A stretch of DNA of 64,000 nt from a virus. Its lineage: Duplodnaviria > Caudoviricetes. Location of the stretch: IMG/VR virus record IMGVR_UViG_3300033075_000639, positions 6,167 to 70,166 of that record; one strand, written 5' to 3'. Below, one piece after another: positions 10,560-21,500 of this stretch (position 1 is the stretch's first letter; the number at the start of each line of letters is the position of its first letter). Position numbers and translations under genes: made by a program. The notes under the pieces are model-generated. The model searched no databases, had not been told where the DNA came from, and was given only the letters and a program-made list of their open reading frames with translations.

Positions 10560-11764
10560 GCAAGTTTGGCTTTCAAGTAAAATGACTGTACGTAGCCAGG
10601 AACAGTGACCTTTTCTATGTTCAGAACATCTTGAATATTCTTTGCTGGAACATCTAGGATAAGTGCATCATGGAGAACAAAGAGCGGCTTTACTTCCGGG
10701 AAACACTTTACTTTTTCAACAATCGAACTAAATCCTAGCAAACTAACGTCGACGCCAGTAGATTGTGCATATGAATTGATAAGAATATGATCTAGCGGTG
10801 CAGAAGGAACTACTTTACGTCCATAACGATTTGTAACGTAACCAGTTTTGATAAAATCATCTTTAATACGTTTCTTTAGTTCGTTTGTTTTGAAAAAACG
10901 TTTCACTTTTCCAACGAATTCATCAAGTTCCTTACCTTCAATTCCAAGTTGTTCTCCCAAAAGATGTTTTCCGGAACCGTACAATTCTGAAATAACAGCA
11001 CCCTTAATTGCATCACGAGACGCAGTGCCACCAAATAGTTCTTGTGATATGTATGTATACATGTCGACATGATCGCATCGCATGCCAGCTTCATACAACA
11101 AAATTCGTGCTTCAAGTGCTGCAAAATCAATATAGACTATTTTCCCGTCATCATATGATGACTTGATAACGTCCCTATAGTCACGCTTCAATGTGAGAAT
11201 TTGTGGACCTGATTGAACAGTCAGTCGACCGGTAACTGTTCCAAAACGATCATAATCTACGTTGTCAGCAAACCCAACTTTATCTGGTTTAAACGACTGC
11301 AACGTTGTGACATTTGTTGTGACACTATTTACCAACTCTTTATAACGTACAATATCAATGCAGGCCGGTTGAAGAGACCTTAGAACAGTAGATTGTGGCA
11401 CCCACGTGTTCATATAATAATCTTTTGATATATGTGCCAATGCATCATTGGCTTGATTTATGAGATTTTTTATAAAGGCACGATGATCTTTGCCAGACAT
11501 CACATGTGACCAAGGAACACTATCAAGTGAACCAGAAATAACTTGTTTCATCATAATGATGAATTTTTCTGGTGGGTTCAAATTAAATTGAATTCCATTC
11601 AGCCTAAACAACGTATCTAGACAATGATTACTCTCTAGTTTAATTTCGCCTGACAAATGCCATGAATCTTTTGGTACAAAATTTGTCCAACGATAACCGT
11701 CGTCAATGATGAGATTACTGTCTGTTCCCATCAAACACGCATCAATGCAAAGTGATTCAGGCAC
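10547..11764 (-). CDS. Minimal family-A DNA polymerase domain protein
   Basis: TGRLT, motif A IDFAALEARIL, motif B-like AIKGAVISELYG, NSYAQSTG, motif C LHDALIL. GTG start; 405 aa, no recognisable exonuclease domain. Confidence 0.8.
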   Translation of the reverse strand: MPESLCIDACLMGTDSNLIIDDGYRWTNFVPKDSWHLSGEIKLESNHCLDTLFRLNGIQFNLNPPEKFIIMMKQVISGSLDSVPWSHVMSGKDHRAFIKNLINQANDALAHISKDYYMNTWVPQSTVLRSLQPACIDIVRYKELVNSVTTNVTTLQSFKPDKVGFADNVDYDRFGTVTGRLTVQSGPQILTLKRDYRDVIKSSYDDGKIVYIDFAALEARILLYEAGMRCDHVDMYTYISQELFGGTASRDAIKGAVISELYGSGKHLLGEQLGIEGKELDEFVGKVKRFFKTNELKKRIKDDFIKTGYVTNRYGRKVVPSAPLDHILINSYAQSTGVDVSLLGFSSIVEKVKCFPEVKPLFVLHDALILDVPAKNIQDVLNIEKVTVPGYVQSFYLKAKLACTQ

Positions 11765-11802
11765 TTATATACAATACAACTTGTGTATGCCAGACTACAT
11801 GT

Positions 11803-14790
11803 TAACTTATCTAGACCGGTAATCAATGATTTCAAATTACCAATAACAGATGGGGCAGCCTCATATTTTCCATATGCATCATAAAATGCCATAGTCAAAG
11901 ATGATTCAAATTTACCCGGTGAGAAATTATGATTAAGCCCAGATATACCGTAGATGTTATCAATTGTTGTTCCTGTGTTAAAATCGCAAAAAAACAATTG
12001 TGAATAATTTAGTAGTGGACAACCTATTGTTCTAATTGTCAGTGCTGCGGGTATTACTTTAAGTGGCAGTCCACCTTGACCGCCTCCCGCTGGCGTCGCT
12101 ATAACTTTTCTTCCAGAATTTAGCCCTAGAAGTTGCGCAGCCGTCAATTTTGCATCTTGTTTCGAAGAAATAGTAGCTTCAAGAACAGCTGATGCATTCA
12201 TACCATATATGATGCTCGGCACCATTTTCGAAACCATATTCTTAACTTGTTGATTATTAACGTCCGGTTCAATTCGCATATTTGTCAATTGAATTCCTGT
12301 ATTACCAGTCGAACTAATAACTTTCATGACATCTTTCATGACATTTTGTAGAACTTGTACAGTATTCTCTGTTTTCTTCTTGACCCATGGATCTGGGTCA
12401 ATTTCGACATAAGATGTTCCAGAAGATGAATCATGTCGTAGAATTTGCGCAGCTGTCTTATAAGGGTTAGCTGTCTTGTCATATATGTGAATACGAACAA
12501 TTTTCTTCAAATTTGAAAAGCCAGCGCTTTGTTGATCTTTTGAAGATGGATTTGTGCTAGGGCGTTTTCCAGGTTGTTCATAATATTGAAGAAGATCAAC
12601 TGCGTCTGTACCTTTAAATTTTTCATGTGTTGATTCAATATGAACTTCAATTTGTGGCATTTGAAATGTACCACGTTTACCGTTAATAGAAGACAACATC
12701 GATTCATACTGCTCACCTGTTTTTTTGTCTTTAGTCGTAGGATCTTTTTCTTTTGAATTCCATGGCTTAAAAACGCCGGCCGTACGAAAACCATATGGAA
12801 TTGCACGTGGATCATTTAGTTGTGCATCGACAGCAAGCTTTACAAATTCTTCAACTGCCATTGCTTCAGTTCCATTTGCTTCAATGACCTCTTTGTATTG
12901 ACGCATAAATACTGGTACGTCAATTGGGAATTCAGCAATATTTGTGCATGATGCTGGTCCACAACGATCATTCAACATATAAAACATGATCTGAAATTCA
13001 TCAATTGCCGGCAGTTGAATCAATGCATTTGTCATAAAAACACTAAACAACTTGCCAAAAGAACAGACTGTCTTTGACAGATTTTTCTCTTTTAGTTCTT
13101 TTATGAGTTCTTCACTAACTGAATCTTTTTGTGTATTGTATGCTTCAATATGTTTTAGAAGTGGATGATCATCATTTCCAGTTTCTGATTTCATTTTTTC
13201 ATTTTTTTCTTTGAAAATCAAAAATGGATCATATCCATTGCTAAGACTGCGAAATTTTTCATACGATATTGCTTTTGCTTGATTTGTAGCTGCTTCTTTG
13301 AACTTGAATTTATTTTCTTTTCCTTTGCCACCTTCTGGTGCATAAAGTTGTTCAAGTGCCTTTATAAGTGGATCAACATGACCTTTTTCGATTCGACCTG
13401 CAGCCTCGAGTGACTTACGTAGAGTAGCTATTGATTCTTTTATCTGTTTTGGATCTAGATCAGTAGGAAATTGACCGCTTTCTGCGGCGTCAAGAATCAT
13501 ATAGCCACGAATTTCTTTTGTCAAGCCGGGCGGATCAAGCTTGTATTTTTTACGCAAATCACCTATTTCTCTTGCAAGAGCTTCAATGTCTCTAGTAATA
13601 GACTTAAATGAATCTTTATCATCACTAATCTTCATGTCCCTGAGTTCAGAAACTGATTTTGTGAACAGTTCAAGTGTAATAGTAACTTGACCAACAGCAT
13701 CAAAAGAAAATCCTGCATTTTTAACGCCATATGCTTCTTTTGTAAGCATATTGTTATTAATGAAGTCTGCATAAGTTTCAGCAGATTTATCAGCAGAAGG
13801 TTCAAAGGGGTGTCTCCATCCATATGTCAACCAAACTGTTGTACGTGTATATGTTGTTGGTTGGATTAGATCGGCTAGTTCAGACAATCTGGAGCGATCA
13901 TGTAGCTTTATGACAGCAGTGGCTTTCTTAAATGACATGATTCCCTTGGTTGGGGCAACGTTGATTGCAACACTCTCTAGTGAAGCAAACGGTCGCGTTG
14001 GATCAAGAACGTCAACATATCTCGATCCTTCTTTTATTGGATTCATGTTCACTAGTGTTTGTGGCGACGTAAACATTTCCATGCCGGCAGATGATTTTGC
14101 ATTATCACCATCTGCCCATGCCCTTGACTTAAACATAACAGAATCAGGTGTTCCATCAGCAACTTCAACACCACCTAGCAAAAATTTCAACATACCTGCA
14201 GTCGTAAGTCTCTTTTCTGTTTCTTTGTCAAACCCACGATCAAATGCAAATTCTAGTTCAAGATATGGTACGCAACGCGACAACACAATTGATGGCAAAA
14301 AATTTAGAAATAGTTCTACTTTTTGTGCATCACGAACAAGAGGGCTCACAAATGGTGAATTAACAACGGTGATACTCATATCACGCTCGCCAAAATCTGA
14401 TTTTTTCAAACCCGATATTTGTTCAAAAGCTATGTTATCAGAAGCTTCTTTTGCCTTACCGTCAAGATACATGTAAGGATACTTTACGTCCGGTATTGGA
14501 CCTGATTTTAGCGAATAAAAATTGACAATTGAATCAAAGTCTTTTTTATCACCAACAACTGTTCCATCTGGGTTAGCTGATGCAGACGTTCGATATTCGT
14601 TTAGTTTAGAATGGATCATTGCAGAATTTGAAATTCCACCATTGGAATATTCCAGCAACAATTTTTGCAACAATCGTGACAAACTATTTTCTTTTGCAGG
14701 ATCACCAATACCAATTTTTTGTGCGATCAGGTAATCAGCAGGTGTCACCATTCTAAAAATTGAATCAAGTTTCGAAAAATCAGCGGCCAT
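11803..14790 (-). CDS. Large baseplate hub-like virion protein
   Basis: Located next to the LysM-like and tape measure genes; VWLTYGW and TIGCPLL..SQ.FF.DF.TGTTIDNIYGI..L.H.F..GKF.S motifs resemble hub proteins (family assignment by inference). Start ATG 14790; ends AAG TTA (standard end 11731 overlaps the next gene). Confidence 0.6.
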
Positions 14791-14794
14791 TTTG

Positions 14795-15088
14795 TAATCC
14801 CGTAATTGCAGCAATATCGTTAAGTTCAGGTATGTTAATAATCGTCCCAGGTGGAACTTGAAGACCCCATCCGATATCACTCGCCGCAGCAAGAACCCAC
14901 CAGTATCTTGAATCGCCATAAATACTACCCGCCAACGTATCCAATCTTTCAACACCCCTAACAACAAGTTGTTTGGTTTTGATACTGCCATTTGCAATTG
15001 CTTTACGAATTGAAACAACTGCTTCGGCAGTTCCATATTGGCGTCCATAATCGATTATTGCAGTTCTAGCGTAACGACTAAATGCCAT
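14795..15088 (-). CDS. LysM/tail-X-like baseplate wedge protein
   Basis: ERLDTLAGSIYGDSRYWWVLAAASDIGWGLQVPPGTII.IP. Ends GGA TTA, 4 nt before the next ATG (standard end 14780). Confidence 0.75.
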
Positions 15089-15091
15089 AAA

Positions 15092-18000
15092 TTAACCATT
15101 TTTCTTTTCTTGATCTTGACCATGAGCAAAGAATCCGACGGGATAAACAGGGCTCCTGTTATAACCCTGTGAATCAAGACCAGGTGATATATCATGAATT
15201 GGACTAAACGCAATTGTAACTTTGCACATTTTAGGAGCTTTTTTACCAGCGTCAGTATCCCAAACAACTTTGTCATACCAGTCAAAACTCAGAGATTCGA
15301 TAAATCCTGCAAGGCCCTTACCGCCAGCAGAACGAAATGATTTTACGACAGCATTATTTTCAATATCAAGAAATTTTGTAAGATCAGCAACTGCTTCATT
15401 TTCTTGTGCAAATGCATCATTGAATATTTTTTTTGCTGTTGCTTTTGATGGTTTCAATGAACTAATAGGAACGTAATACTTTCCTCCCATTATTTTCATT
15501 TTAGGATCATCATCATTTGCAAACTTTTGCTTAAGGCGTGATATTATTGCAGCTTGATTAGAAGGATCTAGAACACCAACATCCGACAAAAATGTAGCAG
15601 ACGGTAGTTCCGGAACAATAGACGCAAATAGTTCAGGATTATCAGAATCTAGATCGTCTATTCTGCAAGGAATAAATACTGCATCATTATCTATTGTCCA
15701 ATATGGTGCATTAGTCGGTCCCCCACTTCCAATGCCTACCGAACCGCCCTTTTTATCTTTGAGATCAAGTGTGCCACCACCAGTGACTGTCCAATCACCA
15801 GTTTTGTTTTTAACTGCATCAGCAACCTTATTTTTTAGATCAGCAATCTTGCTACCATCAAGAGACAATACTTTATTTCCGAATTGTGCATCTTTTAGTG
15901 TTGCACCAAATAGTCGAGCTAGAGCGAAACGTGAATAATTCGATCTGATCAAATTTCCAAGACGAATACGAACCATTGGTGAAGCACCAATCATTTGACT
16001 AAATGGCTGTGTGAAATTGAATTTTGAGTCTGGATCAGTTAGTCGACGACCTTCGGTGTATTGTGGATACACAAGCGTTACGAGTTTATTGATCTTAACC
16101 CACATATCATCAAAATCTGCTGGCGAAGTTGAAGCTACATAGAAACTTAGGCCGATTTTTCGAACAGTGTTCTTGTAAATTTTCACTGGTTCGACCCTAC
16201 CGTAGCCTTCGGATGATTCATATGCAGCTGAATAATCATCAGTCAATGATGACAGAAATGCATGAAATGATATGACTTCATTGGTGCGTACATCATGAAA
16301 ATAAAATGGAACGTATTCAGCATCCAGAATGTTTTCAATTTTTTGCAATGTATCAACATCAGATGTTGGTTCTGAATCACCATGAGGAATTCGATTTCCA
16401 TTTGTTTTTGCTTCATCGTCTGACAACAGTCGATAATATGAACGAGTTTTTTGTTCTTGCAAACCAAACCCGCTCTGAAATCCACCCAATGCTTGAGCTA
16501 CAGGTTGCAAACCAGCGACAGAATTTGGCAACAAATACAACGATGGAGAACGATTTGAAGCCCACGCTAGTTTTAGATCTGTACCGTCGCCCATTCTACT
16601 TTTCATAGAAGCAGCACCCGGAACATCATCACTAATCTTGTCAATTCGTGACTTACGAATTGGTTCTTCATCACGACCAGGTACAACATCATCTGGGTTT
16701 TCTGTCTTGATTGCATCGCCTAGTGCTGCAAATACATTGATCGCAGAAATTAGCTTGGAAGACTTTATCACGTCAATCAACGCAAGTATTTTCTTAACCG
16801 CTGCAACAAGATTGCCGCTGAATGCTTTTTTAATCTGTGCTATGATTGTAACAATTGATCTAATGATTGAACGAGCAATAACGCTGTTATATCCGGGCGA
16901 ATCATTGGGTTTGGTTACAGATTGAACAAGAGAACCCAACAAACCAGCATCTTCATCAATACCAAAAAATGCATGAACACCAGCAGAAACTGCTTTTTTA
17001 AGTGGTGTTATCGTGTAACGAATTCCCAACAATGACGCGATATCTAGACTTAGTAGTGCACCAAATCCACTCGTTTGTTGATGCTTGGTAACCGTTGAAC
17101 GACCCAGAATATAACGACCGTCGGGGTTCTTACGTGGTTCTGGTGTTGATTTTGCTAGGCCCAAGATTACTCCTAGACCTTCGAACAACAAATTAATGGA
17201 CGCAGTCAATGCTGCACTCAATGCAACCATTCCAAGCGCTGACATGCCATCATAATTGTCAAGAGAGTTATTCATAGAACCCCATGACAAATCAGAAATG
17301 TTCGTAAAATTTGCATTCGGAACTTCTGAATTACTGATGCTCGTCAGAACATCATGTGCTTCAAGAATTGCAACATCAACACGTTCTGCGCCCAATTGAT
17401 TGAAACTTGGCAATATTGCTTTTGCCTCTTGACCAGCAGAACTCGGATTTGCATTTCCGGCAGCAGAGTTCAATTCCCTGGATGATCTAATTGATAGGGC
17501 GACGCCAACTTGTGCAAGTCGATTGGTTGAAAACGTGCCGTATTTTGGTGAATGTAGCGTTGGATTGGAATTTTTACCATATGCATCTGCAAACTGAATC
17601 TCTGCGGTGAAACGATTGTTATTCAAAACACTCGTCGTATATCCTTTGACAGTTCCTAGACCTTGATTAGGCAATCCACCCTCGATTTGAGGTAGTAGAC
17701 TATTTCCCGTTACAGACCCGGGAGGAGCACCCATTTCTTTGCCCTTGCGAATTTTTGAAGTTTGTGGATCTACTGGGACAAATTTCTTGTCACCAGGACG
17801 ACCTTGCGTCATCCAATTTTTAAGATTTGGAGATGAAGTTGTTGAACCAGCGATATTGCTTTTACCACGTGTAAACCACGTTGAATTTTCAGTTGTATGT
17901 TCTGGTGACGGTATTGCTGGTGTTTCATTATTGTCAGCAGTTATTTTTATAGACGTTGCAGTTACATCTAGCGGGATATAGTTAACACTTGTTTTCTTTC

Positions 18001-18211
18001 CAAGGTAATCAGCAAGAGTTTTCTTGGTTGTCTTGCTAATGTCTTTTCTTGGTGGATCATTATCATCAACTGGAAAACTTCCATGATCCGTTGCAATTGG
18101 GTAATTTGGATCTGGTGGGGCGTCCGGATCACCAACGTCAAACGTATACGTTTTTCCGTCGATATCAAAACCGGGCGTCCCGGTGTCAATTTTTACTATT
18201 TTGGTTCCCAT
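15092..18211 (-). CDS. Baseplate / tail-tube-initiator-like virion protein
   Basis: FHAFLSSLTDDYSAAY...GYGR.EPV..YKNT.R.I..SF and KIN.LV.LVYPQY...PMVRIRLGNL resemble tube-like baseplate domains; synteny with tape measure. Confidence 0.6.
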   Translation of the reverse strand: MGTKIVKIDTGTPGFDIDGKTYTFDVGDPDAPPDPNYPIATDHGSFPVDDNDPPRKDISKTTKKTLADYLGKKTSVNYIPLDVTATSIKITADNNETPAIPSPEHTTENSTWFTRGKSNIAGSTTSSPNLKNWMTQGRPGDKKFVPVDPQTSKIRKGKEMGAPPGSVTGNSLLPQIEGGLPNQGLGTVKGYTTSVLNNNRFTAEIQFADAYGKNSNPTLHSPKYGTFSTNRLAQVGVALSIRSSRELNSAAGNANPSSAGQEAKAILPSFNQLGAERVDVAILEAHDVLTSISNSEVPNANFTNISDLSWGSMNNSLDNYDGMSALGMVALSAALTASINLLFEGLGVILGLAKSTPEPRKNPDGRYILGRSTVTKHQQTSGFGALLSLDIASLLGIRYTITPLKKAVSAGVHAFFGIDEDAGLLGSLVQSVTKPNDSPGYNSVIARSIIRSIVTIIAQIKKAFSGNLVAAVKKILALIDVIKSSKLISAINVFAALGDAIKTENPDDVVPGRDEEPIRKSRIDKISDDVPGAASMKSRMGDGTDLKLAWASNRSPSLYLLPNSVAGLQPVAQALGGFQSGFGLQEQKTRSYYRLLSDDEAKTNGNRIPHGDSEPTSDVDTLQKIENILDAEYVPFYFHDVRTNEVISFHAFLSSLTDDYSAAYESSEGYGRVEPVKIYKNTVRKIGLSFYVASTSPADFDDMWVKINKLVTLVYPQYTEGRRLTDPDSKFNFTQPFSQMIGASPMVRIRLGNLIRSNYSRFALARLFGATLKDAQFGNKVLSLDGSKIADLKNKVADAVKNKTGDWTVTGGGTLDLKDKKGGSVGIGSGGPTNAPYWTIDNDAVFIPCRIDDLDSDNPELFASIVPELPSATFLSDVGVLDPSNQAAIISRLKQKFANDDDPKMKIMGGKYYVPISSLKPSKATAKKIFNDAFAQENEAVADLTKFLDIENNAVVKSFRSAGGKGLAGFIESLSFDWYDKVVWDTDAGKKAPKMCKVTIAFSPIHDISPGLDSQGYNRSPVYPVGFFAHGQDQEKKNG

Positions 18212-18212
18212 A

Positions 18213-18476
18213 TTAACTCATTGATCCAGTAACAGCTTGTTCACTACTTTTAATTACTACTGTTTCTCCATTTAGACCCCTAGCAAGTTCAGACAATGCC
18301 TCTGGATCATTTTTGATTTCTTCAGTAAATTGTTCAAGCTGGTATACCACATCAATTACAAGTGACTCAATAATTGAATCGATTTGTTTCTTATCTTCAG
18401 GTGTTACGTTTTTTACTGCGCTACAGTACAACTCATCTGTCACCAGAAGGTCACGAATATCTTTTTTTGTTCGCAT
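18213..18476 (-). CDS. Hypothetical protein
   Basis: Likely start ATG 18476. The longer track version has an in-frame TTA at 18480-18482. Confidence 0.6.
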   Translation of the reverse strand: MRTKKDIRDLLVTDELYCSAVKNVTPEDKKQIDSIIESLVIDVVYQLEQFTEEIKNDPEALSELARGLNGETVVIKSSEQAVTGSMS

Positions 18477-18529
18477 ACCTAATTCTATATTCAATTTATG
18501 TAGAATAAACGAGTGTGTCACTCGTTTCA

Positions 18530-21500
18530 TCAACCGCCAACAGTCTGCAATGGACCGGTTGGACTGCTTGTGTTGTTAGGCAATGAAGGTGACGCTTCTT
18601 TTCCAGCTGTACCATTTCCGGTTGCAAAGTTTAGTCGTTCACGTATGATTGACTTGTCACGTAGAACTAGTGCTTTTTCCATATCAGCAGCATTAATGTT
18701 AACGTTCATTGAAATATCAATTGTTACACCCGGGTTCTTGATCTGATAATTGAATTTTCCGCCAATGCCCATGCTATTAGCAAGTGTTTTTAGTTTGGCA
18801 TCAAGTTTAATTCCTGGGAGTCTTCCAAGTGATTCATTCAATTCATTTGCTTTCGAAGCCATTTCACTAATTGCTAGCAAAGCTTGTCTCAAACCACCTT
18901 TTTCGATGTTATCGACAATGATTTGTGCTTGTGCAGAAGCGTCATCTGTCATTTTGGTAATTTCTGCCATTCTTTGTGACGCTTCTTTTGACATTGCTTC
19001 AACAGAATTTGTTGCACTCCATGCAGAACCCGGCTGTGAAACTTGTTTTGGTGCTTGTCTTGCAACATTAGCACCTGCAGCTGTCACTGAAGATCCGGCT
19101 GATTCAGTTTTTGCAGCCGACACTGTTTCTTTCATTTTCTCAGACATGGTTTTTGGCATGTCTTCAATACCCTTGCTAAAACCAGCCGTGATATTATCGC
19201 CAATGTCTTCAAAAACTTTTGAAGGCGAACTAATCTTGAAAACTTTCTTAGCAACATTAATCAAATCTTTGAATACTGGGATATCTAGAATTTTACTCAA
19301 TGTGTCTTTCATGGCATCAACAACGGCCGTAAAAAGAACTACAATTGGTGCTGTTGAAAATACATCAGAAATAATTTTCCATGCTGAAGCAGTTACTTCT
19401 TTAACGATCGTAACAATCTTCTGAAAGATGTTTGTTATAGGAGTAATGACTTCAGACGAAAACCACGATACCGCTGTCGACCAGACCCCTTTTACAAAGT
19501 CCCAAACTTCACCAAAATGTTTTCCAACAGCGCTAATTGCAAGGCCAATAGATCCAATGACGCCTGATTCTTTGAATGAATCTCCTATTGCACTAAGAAT
19601 TGAAGAAATTTTTCCAACTGCAGTTCCTATTGCTAGAAAATACATCGAAATCAACTTAAATAGTCCGCCAACGATTGGGATGTCCGCAGTGCTATTTCCT
19701 GCCTTTGCAAACAATTTACTCAAAACGAGCCAGAACGTACTAAGAACTTTTGTTCCGAATGCAAGAATTTTTACATACAATGTAGGCACCATTTCTAGCA
19801 ACCATAGAAACCAATTTCCTACATATTTCAAAAATTTGCCGCCAAGATCAACTAGTGCATCAGCGATATTGCTTTCATTACCGCTGAATATTTCTTTGAT
19901 CAAATTTCCAAATGATGCAAAAACATCCAATGCTGAGCCAATGTAATTTTTCAACTTTTGTGTAAATGTTTTCCCAAATACATTTTCAACAGCACCAAAT
20001 ATCAAAGTAGAAAGCTGTGCAATTGCAGCTGCAATTTCAGGGCCGGCCCAGTCTGGCAGCAGACCAAACGTAATTCCATCAATGATTCCAGCAGCGGCAC
20101 CACCCAATTTAGCTTCAGTAGATCCAAACGTCTTAAGAAGTTCTTGTTCATACTTTTTGATGCCAGCATCTGCACCCATTGCCGCGCCCGCAATTGCTGC
20201 AATAATTGCTGCTGGTCCAATAAATTTACCAAGACCACCCATCGCTTTGGACAACGTTCCACCCATCGCTTCAACGCCTTCGGTTGCACCTGCCTTAACA
20301 GCAGAAGAACCAAATGAGCTGGTAATCATTTTTGCAATTGCACCACCAAAATTAGAGATAATGCCACTCAATGCCATTCTAAAAACAGCCGGGCCAAAAA
20401 TAATTGCAAACGATCCAAATAGCGCCTTTTTAACGATACCCATGAACTTCTCGTTTTTAAGCGCGGCGCTCATGAGTTCACCAATCTTTGTAATTGCAAC
20501 ATCAACAAATTCTAGCAATGACGGACTAATAATGTTCCATGATGTTGCAAGTGCATTTCCAAGTGGTTTGATTATTGCAACAACTGTCGCTGCTACACTC
20601 CCGCCCTTTGTTGCAGCGTCCGATGCTGCCTTTGGGTTTAGAATAAACTTTGTAAGATCTGTCATAAATCCCGACAATTTTGTCGCCATCGCAGGAAGTG
20701 CATCAGATATTGCTTTTACGATATATTCAAAAAACTTGCCAAAACCAGCAAGAATCTTCTTACCAGGACCTTTTTGTGAATCAAAAAAATCAAGGAAGTG
20801 AATCTTGATCATGTCCATCATACCGGTAAATTGTTCTTCGCCTTTTGCAAATTTTTCAATTTCTTTGCTAATTCCACCAAACAACGTTGCAAACTTCTTT
20901 GGACTAAAAATACTTGCAATGTCACCAAGCAGTTCTTTAACTGGAGCGAGTTGAGCTAGTGCTCGGCCAAGTTTAACACCTGCCATTTCAGTTAGCATCA
21001 AAGCACGCTGGATATTCATAATGATCTTACGGAATTCATGTGAAGACTGCAAACCTCCTATAATTCCCTTAAAGAATCGTTCAAAGAATCCACCGTGTTG
21101 TGCACCACCACTTTTGACCATACGTTCAATTGAATCAGCTAGAGCTTTCATTGCTTCAGCTTGAGTCATTTGTTTCTTGGCCGCAGCGTCGCTCTTCTTC
21201 TTAACATCATCAAGACCTACGCCCTGATTCTTCATCGAAAATGCAAGCTTAGCTTGTTCTTCTGACAAACCCGTGCTACTTGCTAGCAATTGCAACTGTT
21301 GACGATTAAACTTCGAAGCATCTTGACCGGCTGTTGCAAAACTCTTGCGCAACATTTCAATTTGTGTTGCTGGGTCTTGTGCTTCCATCAACTTGAACGC
21401 ATCAATATTCAAACCGAACGCTTGCGACAACTTGGACGCATTGTCAGCTGCTGAATCGAATGTATCAAATGCATCAAGCGTTCCAGTGATATCATGCAAT

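Noticed and set aside
12070-12095. GGQ motifs as a possible peptide release factor (hub ...GGGQGG; portal LAGGQN)
   Set aside because: Both lie within clearly structural proteins with no release-factor domain context.
14791-15048. N-terminal extensions in the ORF track (hub to 15048, RNR to 4505, 738, 18533, 57370, 52478, 54447)
   Set aside because: They overlap upstream genes, lack an RBS or contain in-frame TTA; better SD-supported ATGs lie downstream.
18750-20801. Long antisense ORFs (e.g. 18750-19424, 20082-20801, 43398-44054, 13910-14476, 55225-55779)
   Set aside because: They are shadows of real genes in the exact antisense frame. Missing TTA codons remove antisense TAA stops, which lengthens them. 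No recognisable domains.
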